DNA of 64,000 nucleotides from Salisapilia sapeloensis CBS 127946. Taxonomy: Eukaryota > Protista > Oomycota. The translations under genes and the position numbers were made by a program. Of the stretch, positions 53,713 to 64,000 are shown piece by piece. The notes under the pieces are model-generated. The model had not been told where the DNA came from and ran no database searches. It saw only the letters and a list, made by a program, of their open reading frames with translations. The stretch lies in the NCBI GenBank assembly GCA_023334545.1, contig JAADVB010000071.1, positions 9,296-73,295 of the forward strand. Direction: 5' to 3'. Numbering within the stretch: position 1 is the stretch's first letter; each line of letters begins with the position of its first letter.

Positions 53713-55823
53713 TCAAGGATGCGGCCGGTGATGGTCGTGCGCGGCGTCTTGGGCGAGGTGGAGAGCGTGCGGCAATACAGTTTCCACTGCTTGAAAGTTC
53801 TCTTTCACTGCCTTGGGTTTGCCTGGTAAAGTTACGATGATCGAGTGTTTCCGTATGCCAGCGATAGGTCGTGAAAGCAGTGCCATGGGTGTCACGACGA
53901 TTCCAGCCTGCAGCATCGCCATGACGAATCCAGGAATCTCTTTTTCTAGCAACGGCTACAAATACGTTAGAATCTTCGTATCAAGTGTCCCTATTGAACT
54001 TTCAAGTACTTTGATTGCCTCTGGTGTGACGTCCCGAGGGGTGAATCCCGTTCCGCCTGACGTGAGGATAAAGTCGATATGATCATGATCGGTCCATTGC
54101 TGGATAACACGCTGTATGTCGTGCATTTCATCCGGTACAACTGCCGAGGCGATGACTTCCATATCGACATTCGTCATGTTTTCCAACAAGTGCCGCATCG
54201 CAGGCCCACTCAAGTCTTCCGTCTCGCCTTTCGACACACGATCACTCACCTACTTTTCCTTAGTCATGCATACAAATCTATTCTATACACAACATACAGT
54301 CAAGATAGCAGCTCGAAAGCTCTTTCTGTTCGTCGTCTTGGACTCGTTTGACACTTGTGTCTTTTGATTCAAGAACGATCGATCAAGTAACAGCGCTTCC
54401 ACGAACTCTCCACCAGAGATCGACTCTCCTTTTGGTAAACACAAGAAAGCATTTGAATCTACACAACTCAGCAGGCGAGAGCTGATCTGTCGACCTGTAC
54501 TCTTCGCTATAAATTGTCCACTAGAGACATCAAAGGAGACGATTGCGCGATGGTACTCTGGTCTCTCTTTATCAAGTTTCAAATCATGGTCGAGCTTAGC
54601 ATGCACGATGGCCTGTCGACATTCAGACGAAGTGACACCTCGCAGACGATTGACAGCCGGATGCACTAGCAAGTGGCACGTTGTGAAGGCGCTCACTGGA
54701 TTTCCAGGGAGTCCAAACACATACTTGGTCGTTCCATTCATTTCGATCGTCGCAAAAGTCGTAGGTTTTCCAGGTTTCATCATCAGTCGACCAAACTGAA
54801 CATGACCGAGACGTGCGAGCAGTGGCTTGATCAGATCATGGTCACCCATGCTCACTCCTCCACTCGTAATGAGTACATCCACTTGCTCCAGACTTTTTAG
54901 AATCTTGTTTTCAACAGCATCCTCTGTGTCGTCACATTTACCCAAGTCGACTGGTTGGATGTTCCAGTGACGAAGTAGAGACAGGAGCATTGGACGATTG
55001 GCATCTCGAATTTTACCAGGAGCTGTCGGCTCAAATGCGTCTACTAGCTCACTCCCAGTCGATAGGACACCAATTGTAGGTTGACTCACCACTGGAACCG
55101 TTGTAATGCCAGCCTAGGAAGCACTTAGTATCAATATGAGAATGGAAAGAATGTATAGAAAGCAGATACAGTAGCAAAGAGTCCAAGTTCAGCTGCCGAG
55201 ATCATAGTTCCTGCATCCGCCAACTTTTCATTTGGAGCAATGTCAGATCCAATAGGTCGGATATTCTGTCCTGGCTCGACGGACTTGAGGATCTTGACGG
55301 CTTGCTCCTCCATGTTGGAAGAGTCGACAGCAGCCGTGTCTTCGATCTTCACCACTGCGTCAGCTCCGTCTGGAACGGCAGAGCCTGTCGTGATATATGC
55401 GACTTGGCCTGAGTGGATCGCTTGCACAGGCAACTTTCCTGCTGCAATGCGCTGGACTACTTGAAACTGTGTCTAGTTAGTATGGCGTCTTAATAGAGAT
55501 ACGAGAAGAAGGTACTTGGCCAGTGCCGTCAGACGACACGACAGCGTATCCGTCCATGATCGACGCTCGGAAGGGTGGAAGTGGTTCCTACCAATGCAAC
55601 TTAATAAACAGTGCTTATTAGGTCATTGCAATTCGTCATCTACTTGGCTATAGACCGGAGCTGCGAGTATGCATCCATCTGCCATCAAGGCATTGCATTC
55701 CACCGTCGGCATCGGTCGCACTTGCTCCAATACGTTCGAAACAGCATCTTTCACTTCTACCATAGCATACTTGCTCTCTCGACTATGTCCATGAGCATGC
55801 GTATGCTCACCTCCACAGCCCAT
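53713..55823 (-). CDS. CNX1: Molybdopterin adenylyltransferase/Mo insertase, Cnx1-type (E domain then G domain), multi-exon
   Basis: MoeA motifs PFRASIMDGYAV, ITTGSAVPDGADAVVKIE, STGSEL, SGGVSMGDHD, MKPGKP, GLPGNP; MogA motifs VSDR, TSGGTGFTPRDVTPEA, LPGKPKA. Confidence 0.92.
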
Positions 55824-55906
55824 GGTCACTCGGTACCTCTCGTATGGTATTAATTGATTTGCATGTGGTCCACATGAAAGAGCTTAACAAGAAGTTTTAC
55901 ATGAAA

Positions 55907-56751
55907 ATGATGAAACGATGCTCCATTCTGAAGCTCCTGCGTGTGGTCTTGACACTCGCCATTGTACTTGTGACAGTCCCAGGATCTATCTCTAGTACTC
56001 GATTTGCTAGTGGGAATGTTGTGTCCGCGGAGGAAACTCTTGCTACGACGGAAGAGACGTCAGAGCGGTCGTTCACGGATGACCGAATTGATATTCAGTT
56101 CTGTACGTCATGTGGCTTTAAGCAGAATTTTGTCGAGGTGAAGCAAAGACTCGAGGACAAGTACCCGCACTTGTTAGATCGAGTGTATGGTGCGAATTAC
56201 GAAGTGAGCCCTCTTCGAGAGGTAATATTTCCTAGTACTTGCCACAGTGTACGCCAAATGACAATGAGATACAATAGATGCTGGCGAGATTCCTCGGCGT
56301 TTTACAAATTGGAATCATCGTGCTAATGGTTTTCGGGCAACAGGTGTGTCCTGTTGAGCTTAGTTAATGGAAAAGTGCATTGACGCGTGTGAATAGTTGT
56401 TCCGCCTTCTCGGTCTGGACCCCTCTTTGATTGAAAAGGCGATGGAGAACCGTATCGGCTTATTTGCCGTGATTCTACTGCTAAGGCAGGCGACTCAAAT
56501 GCTCACATCTTCTGGTGCTTTCGAAGTCTTTTACAATGGTAACCTCACTTTGTATAAATGTTTCGAGTTCGTCCTAACGATCGATGCAGACGAGCTCATA
56601 TTCTCCAAATTGGAAATGAACAGATGGCCAAGCTTTAAGGTATTTCCACTTCCGTCCAGATATTCATTTCGTAGGGTACAACTTTAAATGATGAGAATAG
56701 GAATTGGTAGATGTGCTGGAGGCGAAAGGAATCAGTAACATCTAAGGGCTG
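55907..56751 (+). CDS. Selenoprotein T-like Rdx-family protein (Cys homologue), 5 exons
   Basis: Signal peptide, IQFCTSCGF, VYGANY, TM segment, SGAFEVFYNG, IFSKLEMNRWP; CxxC encoded TGT..TGT. Confidence 0.8.
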
Positions 56752-56944
56752 ACAAGATTGCAAGGAACTAGACGCCCAGATAGACGGTGGCGGCATCTTA
56801 GCAACACGCAAACTTGAGAAAAACATTGATTCCATTTTACCTTTGCGTTTGATTACTTTACTATCATTCGTATATATTCATCTACCAGTAGGACGAAGAG
56901 GCATCTGAAACGGATAATCATAGCTGGGTTGATGTCTATTCATC

Positions 56945-58414
56945 ATGCAAAATAAAAATGCTAGTGAGCTGCAGATCGGAGATAGGACAGATGTACGTCG
57001 AGATGAAGTAGAGGAAGCAGCAAGATGTATCCAGCGTCTGTATCGAAGTCGAATGGCTCGTAAGCAACTGCGAGATCTACTCAACTCTGTCTTTGAACGC
57101 TTCTATGATGATGAATCCGGTTGCTACTACTACCATAACAAACGTACCGGAGAAACAAGTTGGGACAAGCCGAAGATGTTAGGGGAGGAAGAAGATGTAC
57201 CACTAGCAGTTACTGAAGAGTATGAACAGCCAGTAGAAAACGATGAGGAAGCATTTGATGAGATAACTTTTACAAAGGAGGAGCTAGTTCTCATCCAACA
57301 GCAATTTGATCAGTACGACGTTGATCACAGTGGCTCCATCAGTGCGAAGGAACTTCAATCACTTATGCAGACGCTTGGAGAAGAAATTACTTTGGAACAA
57401 GTGAATGCTTTAATTCAACAAGTCGATGAAAACTCAAATGGTGAAGTAGAATTCGACGAGTTTTGTGCCATCCTTCGGCTTCAGCGCCAAGAGAACCCAT
57501 ATGCAGCATCATTAGATCTGGCACTGTTGTTTGGACCAACGGAACTTGCGAACTTGAAGAAACAGTTTACAGCACTTGATCTGGACAACAGTGGCGGCAT
57601 TGATGAAAAAGAGCTCGAGGCCTTGATTGCCAAGTTGGATAAAGCAGGTAAGAAATTTGACGTCAAAACGATGATGCAGGAAGTGGACGTGGATGGAAGT
57701 GGTTCGATCGGCTTCAATGAGTTCTTACGCGTGGTTGCGACGATGACTCGGGGAGACAAAAACGAGAAGGACACAGCATTTGCTGCGTTGCTTGCTGCTG
57801 GTATTGCTCAAGGTATCTTGACAGGACTTGGAGACGTTATCGCAGCGTCAAAAGCTCGGATCTATGAGTGGTGGAACGCTGATGTAATTGCCGAGCGGAA
57901 ACGTATTGAAGAAAGAAGAGAGCGTAGGCGTCGTTTGGAGGAACGAAAGCGTCGCCAGTTGGAACAGGATAGAGCTCTATATGAAGAATACCAAGCTCAA
58001 ATAGCAGAGTTGGAAGCTTCAAGACAAGCGGGTATCGACGGGCTTATTATGGAAACAGAGTTTGAAGGAGACAACAAAAACTTTCCTCAGCCTGGTCAGT
58101 ATGCTCGAGTACATTACACTGCAAGATTTGCACATTCAGGCGAGGTCTTTGAGTCCACAAGAAAGCGAGCTGGCGCACTGGAATTTTGCGTCGGTCAAGG
58201 ACATATCATTCAAGGTTTTGACTTGGCTCTCCAACGGATGAGTATTGGTGAAACTGCGAGGGTTACCATAAGTCCCAAGCTAGGATATGGTGTCCGAGGT
58301 ATGCCGCCACGAGTTCCTCCTGATAGTACTTTAGTCTTCAAGATCGAACTTATTACTATCAAGGAAAAGCTTCATCTAGCTAGAGATATTGAGGACTCGA
58401 CAAATGATGCATAG
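56945..58414 (+). CDS. IQ + WW + four EF-hand + coiled coil + FKBP-type PPIase protein
   Basis: IQRLYRSRMARK; GCYYYHNKRTGETSWDKP; DVDHSGSISAKE, DENSNGEVEFDE, DLDNSGGIDEKE, DVDGSGSIGFNE; VHYTARF..VGQGHIIQGFD..GYGVRGMPPRVPPDSTLVFKIEL. Confidence 0.9.
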   Translation: MQNKNASELQIGDRTDVRRDEVEEAARCIQRLYRSRMARKQLRDLLNSVFERFYDDESGCYYYHNKRTGETSWDKPKMLGEEEDVPLAVTEEYEQPVENDEEAFDEITFTKEELVLIQQQFDQYDVDHSGSISAKELQSLMQTLGEEITLEQVNALIQQVDENSNGEVEFDEFCAILRLQRQENPYAASLDLALLFGPTELANLKKQFTALDLDNSGGIDEKELEALIAKLDKAGKKFDVKTMMQEVDVDGSGSIGFNEFLRVVATMTRGDKNEKDTAFAALLAAGIAQGILTGLGDVIAASKARIYEWWNADVIAERKRIEERRERRRRLEERKRRQLEQDRALYEEYQAQIAELEASRQAGIDGLIMETEFEGDNKNFPQPGQYARVHYTARFAHSGEVFESTRKRAGALEFCVGQGHIIQGFDLALQRMSIGETARVTISPKLGYGVRGMPPRVPPDSTLVFKIELITIKEKLHLARDIEDSTNDA

Positions 58415-58714
58415 GGACTTCAGGTGGACATTAGAACACTTGATATATTGCCATAGCCGGGCTACCGCTGTTCCACGTTTATAAAGCAGAAAAACCCATC
58501 GCGATGTACGCGTGCAGGCCGAGTTTACTTTACGTAGGCCTACCTCAAGGATGAACATCGATTGGAACACATCTCACTCATAATGCTCTAGAAAATAATT
58601 CCTAATTCTTAGAGCACGCAGATGCGTTTGAAGTTACATGAAAAGTCATGTTGGCGGCATTAGCTTTCGTAAAATGACAAAACAAAACCACCACTAACTC
58701 TAGCTTTATTTTAC

Positions 58715-59268
58715 CACATCTTCTTCATTGAATAACAATTCGTAAGCCCAAGAAAAATACTTTCCAAGAATATCTCAACACATATTTCACTCCAACGTCG
58801 CATATTGATAAGGAGAAGCGTTCACACATTAGCAGTTACTACAATACAAAGCCAGGATTCTAGGCAAGCTGTACGACTATAAACAATATATGCACAGCAG
58901 GCTAGTGACAATAGTAACGGGTCATGCGGATGAGTAAAATTAAATGGGATTCATCTCTGTTGATGCGAGCTTTTATTGGTGTGCTATTGATAGTCCAACT
59001 GGATCAGTCTAGAGGCCGATAGTATCATGAACTTTTCATTGACCAAGACAGTAGACGATGAGCATTCATGTGCACAACCAAGAGCGGCTGACGGAATTAC
59101 GTCAGCAGATTGCCTCGGACCCTTTGGTATCGTCTGGAAGGTAGATGCTCTATTTTCTTCTACCTGAATGCACTATACACACCTTTCGTTCGCTAGACAT
59201 ACCAAGTCATCGGCAATGGGGTCAAACTCTGAGTTTGGTTTAACTTCCAACCGACGTCCTTCCCACAT
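58715..59268 (-). CDS. Probable small-exon gene missed by the ORF track (3' end unresolved)
   Basis: ATG 59268, 22 codons, then intron 59164-59202 (GTATGT..TTCAG) that removes an in-frame stop; another protein-like exon at about 58715-58830. Confidence 0.3.
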
Positions 59269-59352
59269 CTCTCGAGAAACTCAAAAGGTAATTGAATCTG
59301 TCGATCTGTTCACGTGATCAAGTGGTAACTTGGCTTGTAGAAACGTACGGCA

Positions 59353-60242
59353 ATGAAACACGAGCTATATGAAAAAGAAAGAGAAGCGTATGAGCAGAAA
59401 CTGTCCGAGTCGATAGCAGAGAACTTGGCGAAACAGCGAGCGAGGAAAGATGCTCAGTTTGCGAAACTTGTTGGCGAAGTCGAGGTACTTAATAATATGA
59501 AGATAGGCCACGGGTTGAAAGCTCACCATATTGTAGTCCGCCAAGTCTTTAGCAGGCGATTTGAAAGAAAAGCTGAGCGTCCATGAAGATTTCAAAACGA
59601 AAAACTTTGAACGCATGCATGAAGAGTGGAATGCAAATGTCTTTGACAAATTGAATGAACCCGTTCGTCGCAAGGTTCGAGAGATGGACTCAAAAGCTCT
59701 GTGCACGACCAAACATGAGAGCTATCAACGTTATCTGGATACTGCAAACAAAAAGAAGCTAGGTCTCTTTCGAGACATTATTATCGAAAACGAGTACAGT
59801 CCATTGGAAGACACGCAATACATTCGCTACAGCACTCCTCTGGACGATCCAGTAAAGCAAGTACTACGTGAGCGAGAGGATGAGGTATGCTAATAATAAA
59901 TATCATAAAAGAGCAATGGAACTAAGTCTTCGATAGGAAGCATTTACTCTGGAATGCAATGGCGGACAAGTATCCAATTCATCACTCGGTCGACATGACA
60001 ATTTGGATGTAAAGCTCTGGTCTAAAGGTGTATTTGAAAGCACCCCTCACGGCTACTTCCATAAGATGATGAACAGTCAATCATCTGCTGGCAGCTCCAC
60101 AACCTACGCCTCCCACATCCCAATGGAGCACTACGCCATCGCCATGGGCAAGGATGTTGTGCTATCCGAGATGCCACGAGGTAAACGCACATCATTCGGC
60201 GAAAGTATCACGATTCCCAAGACAACGATTCACTTGCAATAA
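59353..60242 (+). CDS. FAM228-like protein, 3 exons
   Basis: RMHEEWNANVFDKL..YQRYLDTANKK..LFRDIIIENEYSP recalls the FAM228 pattern (from memory). Confidence 0.5.
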
Positions 60243-60286
60243 AGCAAAAAGTAAAATTGTACTTGTTATAAATATCCATTGCACGT

Positions 60287-62959
60287 CTACAACTCTCTCG
60301 TATTCCTCGGAGGCGATCGTCGCGGTCGGTTCATGGCGCCACGAACAATCTGTTTCACTTTCGAGACGTCTGTCGCTGGTGTACCTCTCGACTGGAGTAG
60401 CTCGGCCAATTCATTCATGACACGAAGAGCATTCGAAGGTGTCACGTGCATCTCTGCTTCCTTGGACGTTGGACGAAGGAACGGATGGGATAACAGACCA
60501 CCTTCACCTTCGATCGGAGGTCTACGCGTATGGTCTCTCTGTAAGCAAAGACGCATGACCTCCACAAGTTCATTGTCTGCAATGGGAGGAAACTGGATGA
60601 CATAGTTCGGGTCTGTAATCAGACGGAACTTGTCGACGATGGTTGTTCCACTTGCGAATGGAGGTTTGCCATAGACGATCTGGTACAAGATACAGCCAAG
60701 ACTCCAAATGTCACTCGCTCGTCCCATCTACATCTTTCCATTCAGCTCGTAGACTTTATGTACATAAAACGGCAGATTACCTTCATCTTGCCACTCGACA
60801 TTTGATCGGTAACACCTTGAATAGCTTCTGGCGACATAAAGTTAACGGTTCCGACTTGACTTTCTCGCTGGATGTTAGTCGTGTCATTCGAAATGGCTTT
60901 CGCAATCCCAAAGTCGATCAATTTGAGAACACCATTCACGAATAAAAAGTTCGCTGGCTTCAAGTCACCTACGAGCATCCGTCTTAGTACCTATCGTTTC
61001 ATATAAAGTCAGTAGTCTACGGACGTACCATGTACAATCCGTTCTTTATGTATCGCATCCACTGCCTGTAGCATTTGTTTCCAAATGACACGCAAAAAGT
61101 TTTCATCCACACTGCCCTTCATCCCTTTCAACCGTTCACTCAAGTCGATCTCACCATGCTCCATCACCTATTCCAAGCCTTACTACCAGCTCGACATCAT
61201 TCTACACAAGATACTTCCTACCACATTGATGATATCTTCATTCGCATCTCGTTCCGCAGCAATAAGTCGGATGATATGCTCATTCCCTTGCAGTCTCTGG
61301 AGCAAGTCGATCTCGTTATTATACTGCTTAATACTCTGCGCATCCAGTCGCTTCAATTTAATACGCTTTAAAGCGTAGATACGTAGGTCCGGACCGAGCA
61401 TACGATAGACTTTACTACTGCCTCCACTGCCGATCTGTTCCAATCGACTGTACTCCTTTCCATCCACAACCACACGCGTCTGAAGCGCTTGGAAAGGATC
61501 TTTCGTTGGTGTCGGAGATGATTTTTGTACCTTCTGTGGACGATGGGAGGAACTATACTCTTTGAATGGAGTGGAAGATGCTGGAAAGTGAACGTGATGA
61601 CGATCGGACTGAGTAGACATAGAAGGTGTCTTGACCTGTCCATTCGACGTGTCAGACGCTTTCCGACCCGTCTGAGGCGTCTGCTGTCTACTGGACTTGA
61701 GCTCCGACAGTGGCTTTGGCGTCCATGAGAGCACACTAGAGTAATCCTTGCGCAGAGTAGCCTTTGGAGTCGATCGAGGCGTCTACAGCAAGTGTCTCTT
61801 GTCAGACATGCGCTGTATGAACGTACAGAGGAAATGTACCTTGGCTTCTTGCACGTCTTTTTCTTGTGTCACTGATTGCGTCGTCTTCGGAGGTGGGTCG
61901 AAACCCATGCCATCGTCATCGTCCTTTTGTTCGCCACCTTCTACCCTCGGCACACGCAACGCCATCGTCTTTAAGGCTGGTATGATGTTAGACACAGTCT
62001 ACTTGACAGTTCATCTCATAAAATTTATCACGTACAAGCGGATACGGAAGCAGGTTTCACCTCCTTTCGACTCGTTCCGTTGGTCGAAGTCGAAGTGTAG
62101 CTCGGTCCGGTCGACGCTTTTGTGTACGAAGTGGTCGTCGGCGTCCCTTTGGTCGATGAGGTGGACGTCGGCGTGTTCATTGTCCGATCTTTCGGCGTGT
62201 GCACGGTCGTGTTAATGGCTGGAGGAGGCTGTCGAGACCTTGGATTGGACGATATAGGAAACGTGCGACCTTTATTCATCTCTTCCGTCGCCATTTTCAT
62301 CTCTTCGTCCGTTATCACGCCATTCATCAGGGCTTTATCTAACAAAAAGTCTGCCTTGTACCGATTTCCTACAAAAATAATACTTAATACGCTTCTGGAA
62401 GAAGAGAAGACGTCGAGTGGTACCTCGCTGCATCTCAAACTTGACATATTCAATGTAAAATTGTTTATGATAATCTGCAAAGCCACTTTGCAGTAAATAT
62501 TCGAACGTTTCCTCTCGCTCCGATTCCCTACAATCATACAAGACTTTGGTAAGGACAAGCTATACCTTTTATAACGCATAAAGTTGATTGTACGGTTGAT
62601 AGTAAGCGTATAAGAGCCAGATATCCACATATTCCGGCATAAAGCGATATCTTTCAGCTGGTATGAGGTCCAGACCTCGCTTGATGAGCCTCCTCAAAGC
62701 TTCTGGACTCGATGGAGACTTCGGAACGTTGTTGAGTAGAGCCAACCATCGACGTACGGCCGTTGGATTCAGCTTTAAGTTATACACTAGTTTCCTTCGC
62801 TCTTCATCGTCGTCGGCTAGTAAAAACAGATCCCTCTCTGTTTCATCCTGATGCACGATGTGGACATGCCGAAAATCATTCTATCACGAGACAATCATTA
62901 TTCAATATTTGTCTTTAAACAGGCAAATAAATATGGTGAAATACCCTCATATCGTTCAT
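60287..62959 (-). CDS. MPS1: MPS1/TTK spindle-checkpoint kinase with N-terminal TPR-like region, multi-exon; start uncertain
   Basis: [96 protein letters not shown]. Confidence 0.9.
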
Positions 62960-63101
62960 AACATTTGCTCTTTCACGCGATAAGGAAGATCTGCTGCGTG
63001 ACGACAGCGTAGACTTGATCGGTGTCTCGCGCGATCGCTTTCGACCACTCGAACGATAGCTGGCGCTATCGCCTGAATGAGTAGGAGACAGCGCCGAGAA
63101 G

Positions 63102-63329
63102 CTAGAGTTGTGCGGAGTCGAAATGGTTGCTAGTGACTAAGTTAAATATCTTCTCCACTGGTTCCGGAGAGGAGGAAGAGGGAGACCGTCGTTGTACGCT
63201 ACGTTGTCGAGTTTCGTGTTTCGCGCTTAAACCTTGGCGGCAAACAGGACATACAAATTCCAAGTGGTTAAAGGAATTAGGTACAGATATGGTACATTGG
63301 CATGTAGCATAGCATGATGGTATCTTCAC
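63102..63329 (-). CDS. Possible last exon of a small zinc-finger (RING-like) gene
   Basis: FVCPVCRQ preceded by Cys residues; upstream exons unresolved. Confidence 0.25.
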   Translation of the reverse strand: MKIPSCYATCQCTISVPNSFNHLEFVCPVCRQGLSAKHETRQRSVQRRSPSSSSPEPVEKIFNLVTSNHFDSAQL

Positions 63330-63897
63330 TTTCGTCTAGTGTCGATGCAATTTCTATGGCGACTGTTTTTGTAGAGTTACTTGCAAGCAAAGGATAGACT
63401 CGTATATCTCGAGCTGAAGGAATGAGCACGATCATTTTGTGATTATGATTTATCGTGACGCTTTGGTTGGAGACATTTAGTGGTACACAACTCATGGTAG
63501 TCTAGACTAGGTTACCTCTTGCTTTCGGCTGTCCTAGCAGGCATACTATGGTACTTTGCAGGCCTTGTGCAGTGAAAGCACTTCTTGTTATATAATAGTA
63601 TGCATGCATCAAGTTCTTTCAGGACAGTGCTTCAGTCCAGGTAGTTTGAGCTCAGAATTCACTGTAGCGGCTAGACCTCTACGATGCATAACGATGACAA
63701 TTGGACACATCCAGTGCTAATTCTCCAGCATACAAACTAGCAACGTGGTAAAAAGGTGGGTGAAATTTGTAAAGGAGTAGTGTTGTTTTACTCTACATCT
63801 ACTTGCTTGTCGTGTTGTCTACTATACAGACATGACAATTTTGGTAATGAAAGGAAATGTGCTAGACGTGGTGATCGCCAGGATCAAGTGAAGACGT

Positions 63898-64000
63898 CTA
63901 GTTGGACGGGTGCTGGTCCTCAATGAGCACCTTGTACAAACCGGCACCGGCAATTCCGCCAGCGATCGGGCCGACAATAGGCACCCAGAAGTACATCGCA
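63898..64000 (-). CDS. C-terminal end of an aquaglyceroporin (MIP/GlpF family), truncated by the window edge
   Basis: YFWVPIVGPIAGGIAGAGLYKVLI.. stop: the final TM helix signature of GlpF-type MIPs. Confidence 0.8.
   Translation of the reverse strand, partial: AMYFWVPIVGPIAGGIAGAGLYKVLIEDQHPSN

Noticed and set aside
31906-62959. Functional clustering of mitotic genes (kinesin-7 and MPS1)
   Set aside because: They are about 26 kb apart with many unrelated genes between; consistent with chance.

Overview
This is eukaryotic nuclear DNA from a very compact genome, most likely an oomycete or related stramenopile (inference). The basis is short introns of mostly 50-65 nt with GTACGT/GTATGT donors, CTRAC branch points and YAG acceptors, an oomycete-type Inr/FPR motif before RPS13, and the gene content. 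About 32 protein-coding genes are supported, often head-to-head with start codons under 150 bp apart. In order: COQ1-like polyprenyl synthase, OvoA-like sulfoxide synthase, a degenerate UvrD-fold plus RecB-type Fe-S nuclease, RPS13, TRAF-Zn/LamG protein, tandem NmrA-like protein, CPA2 antiporter, BPHL-like hydrolase, DDHD lipase, F-box/LRR, PGM2, MAK16, kinesin-7, PX protein, Sds3-like, LAMTOR5, SAM/Myb-like, ET-C2H2, cytochrome P450, PH protein, alpha/beta hydrolase, eRF1, Cnx1, SELENOT-like, IQ-WW-EF-FKBP, FAM228-like, MPS1 and the end of an aquaglyceroporin. Three identical intron-containing tRNA-Tyr(GTA) genes lie in a gene-sparse stretch. I found no CRISPR array, rRNA or intact mobile element. 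The best leads are: (1) a spliced AdnA/AddB-like pseudo-helicase/Fe-S nuclease with a presequence-like N-terminus; (2) an OvoA variant that appears to lack the catalytic Tyr and has only an eroded methyltransferase domain; (3) an enlarged, structured RPS13 intron with an alternative 3' splice site that would introduce a premature stop, suggesting autoregulation; and (4) unusual domain fusions (ET+C2H2, IQ-WW-EF4-FKBP, Ig-like repeats+CPA2). All domain assignments come from recognising motifs by eye; no database search was run.
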